A stretch of DNA of 45,648 nucleotides from assembly GCA_000388065.2 (NCBI GenBank), contig KB932211.1. One strand, written 5' to 3'. This DNA comes from Fonticula alba ATCC 38817. Lineage: Eukaryota > Protista > Nucleariida. Below, piece by piece: positions 34,959 through 45,648 of the stretch (positions within the stretch are counted from its first letter, which is position 1; every line of letters starts with the position of its first letter). Both the position numbers and the translations under genes were made by a program. A model generated the notes under the pieces. It saw only the letters and a list, made by a program, of their open reading frames with translations, did no database searches and was not told the DNA's origin.

Positions 34959-35578
34959 TGTAGTGGTATCCCCCAATCTCTATAAACCAAGTCACAGGTT
35001 GAATTACAAGATCCCCACGTGAACGGCCCCGTGGAAAATTATGGCATGCTTGAATCGCATTCCTCCTCAGGAGGAATGCGGGGTAGATCGACAGCCAGAT
35101 GGCCGCCGAGTACCGGGCCAGTTCGGTGGCCCAGGAAAGGAGGGAGACACGCGTGCGCGCGGGGTTCTCAGATCCACCCCACGACCAACCCAAGGTCAAA
35201 AGGGGNNNNNNNNNNNNNNNNNNNNNNNNNNNNNNNNNNNNNNNNNNNNNNNNNNNNNNNNNNNNNNNNNNNNNNNNNNNNNNNNNNNNNNNNNNNNNNN
35301 NNNNNNNNNNNNNNNNNNNNNNNNNNNNNNNNNNNNNNNNNNNNNNNNNNNNNNNNNNNNNNNNNNNNNNNNNNNNNNNNNNNNNNNNNNNNNNNNNNNN
35401 NNNNNNNNNNNNNNNNNNNNNNNNNNNNNNNNNNNNNNNNNNNNNNNNNNCCCTTCTGGTTCGGTACGCCCTCCTTCATGCCCGAGCGGTCCCTAACCAG
35501 TAGTAAGATTTCCGGTATAGCTTCCGTCAAAGCTTCACTCCTTTGACGTAAGACTGGATCCGTGAGAACCCTGCTACA
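34959..35578. mobile_element. LTR-retrotransposon-like insertion (solo LTR, or a collapsed full element spanning the N gap 35206-35450)
   Basis: Starts TGTAG at 34959 and ends CTACA at 35578 (inverted termini, TG...CA). Identical 5-bp flanks GCGCC at 34954-34958 and 35579-35583. GC content drops abruptly; TATAAA at 34981-34986. Confidence 0.78.
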
Positions 35579-35816
35579 GCGCCGGTCCTCGCACGGGGCC
35601 GCACATGTCCAAGCCCAAGGCGAGATGAAACGGCATGAAGCGAGATGAACCTGCTACATCAGCAAGGCGGAGGGGCGAACGCAAGAATATGTAATCCTAT
35701 TTTATTTTTATTTTCTCATTAATGACCCGGACAATGCATTTTGCGTGTCCATGTCGTCCCCCCCCCCCCGCGCGCGCCGAGAGTGCGGCCCCCCCCTCCT
35801 CCCCCTGCGCCGCGCG

Positions 35817-35822
35817 AAAAAA
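35817..35822 (-). terminator. Pol III terminator (T6) of tRNA-Ala
   Basis: T run starting 8 nt after the tRNA 3' end. Confidence 0.8.
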
Positions 35823-35829
35823 GAAACCA

Positions 35830-35902
35830 TGGAGGCGGAGGGTATCGATCCCCCTGCCTGCCGCATGCAAAGCGGCCGCTCTACCGTTTGAGCTACACCC
35901 CC
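35830..35902 (-). tRNA. tRNA-Ala(UGC), intronless, 73 nt
   Basis: GGGGGTG-TA-GCTC-AAACGGTA-GAGC-G-GCCGC-TTTGCAT-GCGGC-AGGCA-GGGGG-ATCGATA-CCCTC-CGCCTCC-A. Full cloverleaf, G3:U70 Ala identity pair, eukaryotic Ala-type A54 T-loop. Confidence 0.97.
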
Positions 35903-37767
35903 GGCTTGGTGCGAGGACCTCGCGCATCTACGGCCTATGTACTTGTGCTTTCGAGGCCACGCGCCCCGCGCCCTCCTCGCGTCTCCGGCCCCGGCGCCAC
36001 CCCATCCAGCTCTCCTGGGGCGTGCCAGCGCGCCGGGTCGCCGGCCAATCGGACATCCCCGGCGCCCCGGATCCACGCCGGATCCGACGACGCAGCGGTC
36101 TCCCCTCCGGCCGGCCTGGCCCGAGTGGCGAATGCCGCCGCGAAGCCCACACAAGGCCGGCACCGCCACACGGCCACCCGCCCTGGCGCCATGTGCTCTA
36201 CTGCGCCCCAGGCAAGGTCCATGCTGTCGCGTCTCTGCGGGCACATGTGCATGCTGGCCCGCCGCGGGCCGGCCCGAGCGCCAGCCTACACGCAGGAGGG
36301 GGCCGGTGGATGCGCGCGCGCACCGCCGCCAGGCGCGATCCGGCCCCCGTCCCGCATGGACGCCACACAGCACCGGTGAGCCCCTCCCCCCCGGCAGCCG
36401 CGCCCAGGCCGAGCGCCGCAGCCACATGCGGCCGCCTCTTCGCAAGCCCAAGGGCTGGGAGGAAGCGCCGGGCAGGCACACACAACAACCCCCCAGCCGG
36501 ATGGCCAGCCTGCGCGAGGACCGCCACACGCCGTGCAAAGCCCCGGCCGGGTGGCTCCCACCCCTGCACGGGGACGGCGCCAGCGCGCGGCCTCTCGAGC
36601 AGCGGCCCAGTCGGCGGACCAAGTCAAGGGAGGCCATGCCGCCGGACATGGCGAGCGCCGCCAGCGCATCCCCCCGCTGGGCCGGCCGGTGGGCGTATCG
36701 TGGCCACCGAACGCGCGCACATCGCAGGCCCGCCGATGCCGGTGCCGGCGGCCGCCAGCAGCCCCGCGGTGCCGGTCCGCCGGGCACGAATCCCCCTCGG
36801 CGCCCCGCGGTCATGGGGGCCCCCATCGCATGTCCGGTGCACTTGGGCCGGCGGAGCAGCCAGGGCAGGGGTGCTCTCGCGGGCGCGGGCGCCCCGGCCG
36901 CCGCCGCCGCCGCCGCATGGGGCTCAGCCCGCCGGGCGGCCCCGCACCCCCGGGCTCTCGGGGCCTCTCGCCGCATTGCCCGGCCGTCGGGGCGGCCCTC
37001 CCCCTGCCCCCCTCCGGTAGTAATACGGCACCCCGTCGGCCCCGGTGGGCACGCTCGCGCTTGGGCACATTGCTCGAGAGCGGCAAAGGAGAGGGGGGGG
37101 GGGGGGGGGGAGAGCGAGGGAAGGAGAGAGATAGAGAGATAGACAGGAGCAACAGAGCACGAATGCGCCGGCCGGTCGCCCCCTGTGACGGCAGCCAGCG
37201 GAGCCGATCTGTCCGTTGGCTTTTCGGAAGGGGGGGGCCGCGGAGGGCGGGCCCCGGACGCGCACAGCCGCCAAGCAGGAACGCCCCATCGAGCGTGCAC
37301 ATCATACCCACACACGCCCCCATCCAGTCAGTCTCAGGCCCGGGCGCATGCCCCGGCGGGCAGGCCCGCGCCCCCCCCCCCCCGCCCACCAGGGCCATGC
37401 CCTCGAGCAAATGGCCCGTAACTCGCCGGCGTCTGGTGGAGCGCGCCCGAAGGCCCCGCGCGGCGCTGGCGTCGCCGAGACCCCAGACCGCAAAATACAC
37501 GGTTCTGGTGGTCCATTCCGGCGTTCTGCAAACCTCGCACCTCGGGTCCTCGGCCCTGGGGGCTCTCGTCGTGTACGCCCGGCCGGGGGGCCCTCACAAT
37601 GGCCGGTCCCCGCCCGGTGGCGACACTGTGCCCGAGGGCTCTCCCTCTGCTGGAAGACGGGACCGGCGCCGGGAGCACCAGGAGGAGGCCCCCAAGTGAG
37701 ACACCAAGTGAGGCCCCCCCCCCCCTCTCACACACACACACACACACACACACGCACAGAAGATCCA

Positions 37768-37773
37768 TTTATT
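37768..37773 (-). promoter_or_regulatory. Polyadenylation signal AATAAA of receptor C
   Basis: ~78 nt past TAA, followed by a (TG)n GU-rich tract (37729-37752). Confidence 0.65.
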
Positions 37774-37850
37774 GCGAGGCTCGAGTTCATTGTTCGAGGA
37801 GGGCGCGAAGAAAAGCAACGGCCTCCGCCGCTTCGGGAGCGCCGAGAGCA

Positions 37851-40800
37851 TTAGGAGATGACATCCATCTCCACCGGACCGCCCTTCTGCGGGGTCTGCT
37901 TCCGGGCGATAATCCACATGCCCAACAGCACGAGCAGAATAATCAGCACAGGAAGTCCCAGTCCCAGGCCAAGCCCGAGGGCAAGCTTCTTGTTGCGGCC
38001 GGAGGTGTCCTTGCTGCCGCTGGCGTGGCTGCTGTTGCTGCCACTGGTAGGGCTGCTGCCACTGCCGCTGGTAGGGCTGCTGCCNNNNNNNNNNNNNNNN
38101 NNNNNNNNNNNNNNNNNNNNNNNNNNNNNNNNNNNNNNNNNNNNNNNNNNNNNNNNNNNNNNNNNNNNNNNNNNNNNNNNNNNNNNNNNNNNNNNNNNNN
38201 NNNNNNNNNNNNNNNNNNNNNNNNNNNNNNNNCCGCCGCTGCTGCCGCTGCTCCCACCGCCGCCGCCGCCGCTGCTGCTGCTGCCGCTGCTACCGCCGCT
38301 GCTGCCGGATCCCGGAGCAGCCACGCACTCATCGGCCCCGGGGCCGGTGCAGGACGCGTCGCAGTCCGCGTGGCAGCGCCGACACAGGCCGGCAGCCTGA
38401 TCGGCAAAGTACTTCGCCGGGCAGGCGGCCACGCAGGAAGTCCCCTCGAGCAGGAGATGCGAACTGGCGCACCGGTCACAGGTGGGCACCGTCGGGCAGT
38501 TCCAGGCCCCGTCCGGGCGGCGAACACACCCGGACTCGGTGCCCGGGGCGGTGCAGGCCGCGCAATTGTCCACGCACTGCAGGCACACGCGGTCGATGCC
38601 GAACTGCGGCCGGCCCGCCGGGCAGGAGGCCACACAGTCGCCGCTCTCCGGCAGGATGAAGGCATAATTCGCGCAGCTGGAGCAGAAGTCCACATGGCCG
38701 GCACAGGCGTCGCACTTGGGATTGCAGCTGTCCAAGCACAGGCCCTCCTCCGACAGCAGGACCTTGGGCTTGCACTTGATGCAGGTCGTGTCGCAAGGCC
38801 CGGCCGCCGTGGCGCCGGCCAGCCCGGCCGGCGACAGGCTCGACGAGAAGACACACTGCACGCAGCCGTTCGAGCAGGGGGCGCACCGGCCCTCCGCTTC
38901 GCACTTCAGCGTCGACCCATTGCAGGTTTCCCTGCATGCGCCGGTCGTATTGAGGAAGAGCCCCGGGTGGCAGGAGGTGCATTCGACCGAGGAGCTCCCC
39001 TTGCAGGTGGGACAGTCCCGGTGGCAGGTCGCGCACGCGTACCCGGGCGTGTCGGAGAACCACCCGGCCGGGCAGGTGGCCAGGCACACGTTCGGCTGGT
39101 CCGGCATCCATGTCTTGCATTTGGTGCAGTTCCCGGGCCCGGCCGCGTCGCACGTGGCGCACGTCGGGTCGCACGCTTCGCATTCGAACCCCCGGGGGTA
39201 GCTGCCGGCGAGGCAGTTATCGCCCACCGCCATGATCATCAGGCCGCCGGCCTCTTCGAAGGCCAGCACCCGGGCCAGCTCCCTCGGCCCGGCCGGGTCC
39301 AGGAGCTCCACCGAATCCCACGACCGCAGGCTCGGGTTCGTGGCCATGCCCCGTGAGAGTGAGGACCCGAGCTTCAGCTTGCAGGGGCCGTCATCCTGCG
39401 GGCAGTGCAGCACCGCGAGCGCCACCATCTCGGCGGACATCATCAGCAGGATGCTCGGGTACTCCAAGCCGCCCTCGGGGAAGGGCAGCGCCTGCGCGCG
39501 CATGGTCAAATCATTGACCATGCCAATGGGGTTGGGCATCGGGTAAAGGAGGCGTTGCTCCTGCACGGGCAGGAGGGTGGTCCGGCCGCCGGACACCATG
39601 TCCCTCGGCATGCGGAAGGCCGTCCATGCCCTGTCCTCCACGAGGCTGACGACCAGCTCCGGCTGGCGTCCGCCCCCGCGCGGCATCAGCGTCACCTGGG
39701 CATTGACCGCCGGATCCCGCTGGGCCAGCTTCCCGGCCAGGGTGGCCACACGCGAGTCCTGCAGATCGAGCCCGGTCGGCCAGAGGGAAAGTTCGCCGGT
39801 GTTCCTCTGGATGACGGCCCACTCGCCGGCCGCCGGGGTCGACCGCGCCGGGTGCCCCGGCGTCTCGGCCAGCGAAACCAGGATTTCCACGTCCGGGTAC
39901 GTCTGCACATGGAAGGCCTGGTTGGCCGGGTCCGGGGTGAAGATGACGGTCGAGCTGCCGGGGCCGCGTGCGGACACCCGGCCGTCCGGCAAATGGGTGA
40001 ACCCCTGCCGGATGGCCATCTGCATGTTGGTCGGGCTCAGGGGGCCGGCCACGTCGCAGGGCCCGGGCGCCGGGCACGCCAGCCACCCGTGGAAAAGGGC
40101 CCCGGTGTTCAGCCGCATGAGCAGCCCCATGCGCAGGGTGCTGCCCACGGTGAAGGGCCCCACCTCGGCCATGTGCACCACATGCTCATCGGGGCCGAAG
40201 GCGCTGCCATGCAGCAGGGCCACATGGTCCGGCTCCGTGGTGGTGATGGTGTGCACCTGGTTCGCCTCCACCAGGAAGGGAATGTTGTTGTTCCGCAGGA
40301 GGAGCACATTGTCCGGCGGGGGGGTCGACCCGTCGGCCGCCGGGATGGTGGCCAGGTGGGTGGCCGGGTTGACGCCCAGTCGCGACCGGTAGAACCCCAC
40401 AATGCCCGGCACCCCGGGGCCCGGCTTGTAACCGAGGGTCTTGAATTCCTTGAAGGCCACCCCCGACCGGGGGGCGTTGGTGGGCAGGCACACGCTGGCG
40501 CTCAAGCTGTAGCCTTCCGAGCATTGGGCCACGCAGGCCATCGGCCCGCTGATGTCGTGGTACTCCGGCACATGGCCGGCCTTGCACACGAGGCAATGGT
40601 CGGCGTTGCAGGTGGCGCAATTTTCCTGCGGGCATGGCTTGCAGGCGTGCGTCGTCGACTCGAAGGGCGCCAGTCCTGCGGGGTTTTCATTTTTCATTTT
40701 CCCGGTCGCCCCCACAACATGGCCAGAGGGACGCGCGAGGGCGGGGCAAGAGGAAAGGCCAATCGGTGTTAGTCCAAGCGTGCCGGCCAAGGCCCCGGCC

Positions 40801-42187
40801 CAGCCCCGGTGTCCCGGGCAAACGCACCGTCCGGACGATCGAGGTACATGCCGTTGTCGCAGCCGGCGCACAGGTGGCTCTCCGACACGAGGGGCGACAG
40901 GACATGGCCGTCGGCGCATTGCCAGCTGCCGGAGGCGTCGAGGCTGGCCCGGCTGGCGTCCGCACAGCGGATGGTCCTGTCGGTGGTGCACCCGAAGGAC
41001 GCCTGGTCGAGGAGCACATGGTGCTGGTGCGTCAGCATCCACCGGGCGTCGGCGCCCGACGGGCCCATGCGCAGCAGGGCCAGCTCCACCTTGGACACGT
41101 CCACCTGGTCCAGGCGGTGCTTCTCCCACGTGAGGCTGCCATTCAGGTGGATCAATTTCCACGCCACGCTGGGCGTGCCGGGGGCCCCCTGCACCAGGTA
41201 GAAGAGGCTCTGGGTGGGCTCCTGCAGACTGGCCGCCTGGGGCGCCAGGAGGATGCCATTGGTGGGCTCCCCTTCCGGCAGGCGGAAGACCACCGTCGGG
41301 GTGTTGGCCCCGGCCGGGTCGTAGCAGGAGAAGACCTCCACATCGCCATTGGCCAGCAGGAGCACCATGTCCAGGGAGCCCGGGCAGTCGGCCTTCCGGC
41401 TGAGCAGTCGCGTGGTGATCATGTACAGGATGGCCTCCGGCCGGGACTGGGTCGTGTAGGTCACCGGGTCGGTGTCCAGGGGCCCGGCATGCACCACATG
41501 GTAGAGGGCCCGCTCGCTGGACAGGTAGAAGCCCCGGCCGGTGCCGGGGGAAATGCTCACCGGCTCCCGGAGCATCGGCAGGGTGGTATCCAGAATCGTC
41601 GGGTAGGTGGGATTCATGAGGGCCAAGTAGGGCTCCGAGTAGCCGGGCGCCGAGGTGTCCGGCGTCGCGCCCATGAGGTACACCTGGTCCATGGTCTGGG
41701 CCTGGACCGCTTGGATGCGGGCCGAATCCGGGAAGGACAGTCGATAGGTCCCCTGGAAGAGGGTGGCCGATGTGGTGAAGAACATGACCACGGCCGGGTC
41801 GCTGGACCCGGGCACCTCGGCGATGACGATCCTCACCAGGTCACCGGGCGTGTATCCGACACGTTGTTTCGGTGTGCTGGACTTGTGGAAGAAGCTGCCC
41901 AGGCGATAGTCCTCGAAGTCGGTCATCGAGTCGTCCTGGGTCCGGTAGTGGTAGCTGTTCTCGTTGGGGAAGACGGCCACCTGGGAGAGCTGGCCCGCCG
42001 GCGTGTAGATTCCGACCAAGCCGGTGCTGGTCGACAGGGGAAAGGGAGCCTGGTGCATGAAGTGCCCGGATGTGTTGGATCCATGCGAGGACTTGGCAAG
42101 CAGGGCGAGCAGCGCCACCACGACCAGCATCGGGCGGAGGAGGGCTGCCGGGTGCGCCCGGGCTGGCCACAGCCGAGGGGTGGCCAT
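37851..42187 (-). CDS. Receptor-like type-I membrane protein C (kinase-less), furin-like Cys-rich repeats and Ser/Gly stalk, ~1390 aa
   Basis: Exons 42187-40828 and 40675-37851 (phase-1 intron). Signal peptide MLVVVALLALLAKSSHG; ~6 furin-like repeats; GS-rich stalk with gap 38085-38232; TM LALGLGLGLGLPVLIILLVLLGMWII; 18-aa tail ARKQTPQKGGPVEMDVIS*. Confidence 0.9.
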
Positions 42188-42346
42188 CTTGCGCGCAGAC
42201 GACGGAGGCCGGCCAAGCGCCAGTGCGATGGGATGCGGGCCGGGGGGGCGGGGGGGGGGACGGGCAAAGGGCAAAGGGCGAGGCAAAGCGGCAATGGGGG
42301 GGGGGATGGCGGGGGCTCACACCGAGCTGCGGGCAGGCGGCCGCAC

Positions 42347-42354
42347 CTTTTATA
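42347..42354 (-). promoter_or_regulatory. TATA box (TATAAAAG) of receptor C
   Basis: 160 nt upstream of ATG 42187. Confidence 0.65.
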
Positions 42355-42966
42355 GCTGCCTGGGGTGGCGCCTGCCCGGACGAATGGGCCGCTCTGTGGG
42401 CGTGGCCTGCGCAGCGCGTGTGGGCCGTGTACATCTCTCACAGGGTGTCTGTGTGTCTTTGCGTCTTTGTGTGCGCATGTGTCGGCGGCGTGTGTGCGCG
42501 CCTCTCACACTGGGCGTGCGTGCGTGCGTGCACCCGCCTGCATGTGCCCGCTGGCCAGTGCGCCGGTCTGCCGGTGTGCCCATGCCCCCCGGGCGGGCCC
42601 GCGAGCGAATGCACGCCAAAGATTGTACACATGGGTCGTCGGTACGCGGGAGTCGGCCTCCGGGTGGCCGGGCGGCCCCGCGCCCCCCCCCCCCCCCCTG
42701 GGCCCCCCGGGCCCCGATCGCACGGCACGACATTCCCACTCGGCTCATCATCTCCTATGATCGATGACAGGGATCGCTGGATTGGGCGCATTCGAATGCT
42801 GAGGAATGTCCCCTCCCCGTGGTGTGTGTGTGCGGTTATATGTGGTTATTGCGCCTGCCTGTCGGCTTCCGGGAGTCGGGCAATTGGCGAATGGGCATCC
42901 GGCTCGTCGGCAGTTCTGGCGTCGGTGGCGGGGCCGCCCCTCATGCGCCGATCCCCCCCCCCCCCC

Positions 42967-43651
42967 NNNNNNNNNNNNNNNNNNNNNNNNNNNNNNNNNN
43001 NNNNNNNNNNNNNNNNNNNNNNNNNNNNNNNNNNNNNNNNNNNNNNNNNNNNNNNNNNNNNNNNNNNNNNNNNNNNNNNNNNNNNNNNNNNNNNNNNNNN
43101 NNNNNNNNNNNNNNNNNNNNNNNNNNNNNNNNNNNNNNNNNNNNNNNNNNNNNNNNNNNNNNNNNNNNNNNNNNNNNNNNNNNNNNNNNNNNNNNNNNNN
43201 NNNNNNNNNNNNNNNNNNNNNNNNNNNNNNNNNNNNNNNNNNNNNNNNNNNNNNNNNNNNNNNNNNNNNNNNNNNNNNNNNNNNNNNNNNNNNNNNNNNN
43301 NNNNNNNNNNNNNNNNNNNNNNNNNNNNNNNNNNNNNNNNNNNNNNNNNNNNNNNNNNNNNNNNNNNNNNNNNNNNNNNNNNNNNNNNNNNNNNNNNNNN
43401 NNNNNNNNNNNNNNNNNNNNNNNNNNNNNNNNNNNNNNNNNNNNNNNNNNNNNNNNNNNNNNNNNNNNNNNNNNNNNNNNNNNNNNNNNNNNNNNNNNNN
43501 NNNNNNNNNNNNNNNNNNNNNNNNNNNNNNNNNNNNNNNNNNNNNNNNNNNNNNNNNNNNNNNNNNNNNNNNNNNNNNNNNNNNNNNNNNNNNNNNNNNN
43601 NNNNNNNNNNNNNNNNNNNNNNNNNNNNNNNNNNNNNNNNNNNNNNNNNNN
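42967..43651. other. Assembly gap
   Basis: N run flanked by poly-C. Confidence 1.
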
Positions 43652-45648
43652 CGCACGCATGTATGCACGCAACGCGGGCGGTCGGCCGAAGGCCACGCCC
43701 TCGGACACGGCCGTCCACAAAGGGGGCATCCCGCTCCCCCGGCCCGGGGACCTCATTCCACCGATGACCCGGCGAACATGGGGGGGGGGCGCCCCTGCCG
43801 GTGGGCCGCTGCGCGCGGAAGTCCCCCAGAGCGCGGCCGCGTCCGGGGGTCCCCGCGACCGGCCCACTGTCCCGCGGCGCGGCGCGGAGGGCGCGCGCGC
43901 GCGCACACACACGGGTGCCCGCTTCCAGCGGACCTCGCAAATATGGCCCCCGGCCGGGGGCCTTCGCTCTGCGGCAGGCCCCCGGAAAGGTTTCATCAGC
44001 GGCGCCCGGCACCTCAGACAAGCGGCATCCCAGCCAACACGGGCATTCGCCCTGTTCCACGCCCCTATAAACACATGGGCGGATACCCAGCGGGCCCGGG
44101 TCCGGCGCTGCCTCGGTAAACACCCGCCCAGCCGGCCGGGGCGGCTCCGACCGAAGACGCAGCACCGTCGTGCGCCGCCGGGGCGGAGCCCGCGCCCGAG
44201 TGCCCTGGCCCCCCCCTCCCATGCTCATCTCGCTCCGCCCGCCAGACTGCGCAATAATTACCGCCCCGACCCCCCACCCAATCAAGGAGAGCAATGTGCT
44301 CGGTGCCCATCCGCTCCGGTGCATTGGCACTCGCGCCCCGCCCGGCGCCAGTTCCCTTTGCGGCCCCGCCTCTCCCGCGCACACACACACACACACACAC
44401 ACAAGCCGGGGGGGGATGGAACGCCGCGCCAGGATGGGCGGGCGCACCGGCCCCCCAAGCCTGGATCTCCCGCACACGCGCGCGCTCCAGAGAACGCGCC
44501 GCCGCGGCATTGCGCACTCGGGGCGCATGCTCGCGAGTGCCGGTGGCCAGATCGCGGCTGCCCGACGCCAGGGGTTTTTTTTCGGATTTATTCCGGCCTT
44601 TGTTTTGGACCGCCGCGTCGCCGTCTTAGGCGGGGGGGTACCGCCCGCCGCCGGCAACGCCCCCCCCCCCCGCAAAAGGGGCATAGTTGGCTGCTGGGAT
44701 CTCACCGGCGGGCGCACACGCGGGCCGGCCCGGTAGCCTGGCCAATCCGGCCGCCTGTTGTTCGACCGGCCGGCTCCCCCTTCCCCGGGCACCTGTCCTG
44801 GAGGCCCGACCGTCGATCCCGGCTTCCCTCCGGGCGACCCGCGAAAACCGCCGGACCTTCTTGATAGGGCAAAGAACCCCCCCCCCCCCCGGTGTGCCCG
44901 ACCGAGTCTCCTGCGAAACATGCACCTCTCCGCATGTACACCTCCGTGGACATGCCCTCGACCATCGGCCGCGGCCCGGCGCCTGCGGCTTGGGCCAGCC
45001 CGCCGGCCCCCCTCCCCCGGCCGTGGCACGTTGCGCCGCGCGGGGCCGAGGACGAGCCGACGCGGCCGACCCACGCGCGCCATGCCACCGGCCGCCATCC
45101 GGGCCCCGGTCCCGTCGGCCCCTCGCGGCCAAGCGCCCCAGCCCCGACAAGCATGCTGACAGGCAGGCTGCCCGCTGGGCGCACGCGCCCGAAGGCCCCA
45201 CGCCGCGAGGCGTCCCCACGGCCGCGACGAGCCGGCCCCGCAGCTCTCCTCGGTCCATCGACCGCCCGATGTCCCCGCCCCCCCGGTCGGCAGCCCGGCG
45301 CCCGAGGCACACCCTGCCCGGGACACGCGTCCCCGGCGTGCAACAGCCGCCGGCGCCCGTCACCACGGCGCGGCGGGCGCGTCCCTGCAGGCCGGCGCCG
45401 CGCCCGCCCCCGGGGCCCTGGCAGCAAGGATGCGGGGCCTCGCGTGGCCAGGCCAGGGCCCGGTCCCCGGCCATGTCACACGCCCCGTGGTGGCCCCCCG
45501 CTCGCTCGGTAGCACGCCGGAGGGCCTCGTAGAGCCGGCACGGCCTCCCGGACCGGGCTGGCCCCGCCGGGGCAGGCGTCGCTCGGCAAGCCGGCCATCG
45601 GCCACGGACCCCGGGGCACGCGCGAGCCAGGAGGTGTCCTGCGCGGGG

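Noticed and set aside
34966-34972. TGGTATC resembling a tRNA-iMet primer-binding site
   Set aside because: It lies at the very start of the element rather than just after an LTR, and the match does not extend.
44066-44736. TATAAA, (CA)n and a following ATG ORF
   Set aside because: The translated ORF is low-complexity with no signal peptide or domain.
45100-45648. Minus-strand frame (CRLYEALRRATERAGG...) possibly the 3' end of a gene outside the window
   Set aside because: Composition is ambiguous; cannot be supported without upstream sequence.

Overview
Very GC-rich, intron-containing eukaryotic DNA with five N gaps. The GTGCG(T/C) donors, CTGAC branch points, poly-C tracts and furin-repeat TKL receptor kinase are reminiscent of the amoeba Fonticula alba, but that identification is inference and unverified. 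The dominant feature is three dispersed paralogous type-I membrane receptors (A 8768-12963 +, B 34351-27519 -, C 42187-37851 -). They share a signal peptide, two unnamed globular ectodomains, furin-like Cys-rich stalks of very different length, a homologous phase-1 intron and a Gly-rich TM helix. Only B carries a kinase (non-RD TKL); A and C end in short tails. Also present: a small 8-Cys predicted GPI-anchored protein just downstream of B, an Asteroid/XPG-like PIN nuclease, two uncharacterised multi-exon helical-repeat genes, a small Pro/Lys-repeat ORF with a Zn-knuckle-like end, a tRNA-Ala(UGC), and an LTR-like insertion (TGTAG...CTACA, 5-bp GCGCC TSD) between B and the tRNA. Most long ORFs in the supplied track are GC-driven shadows.
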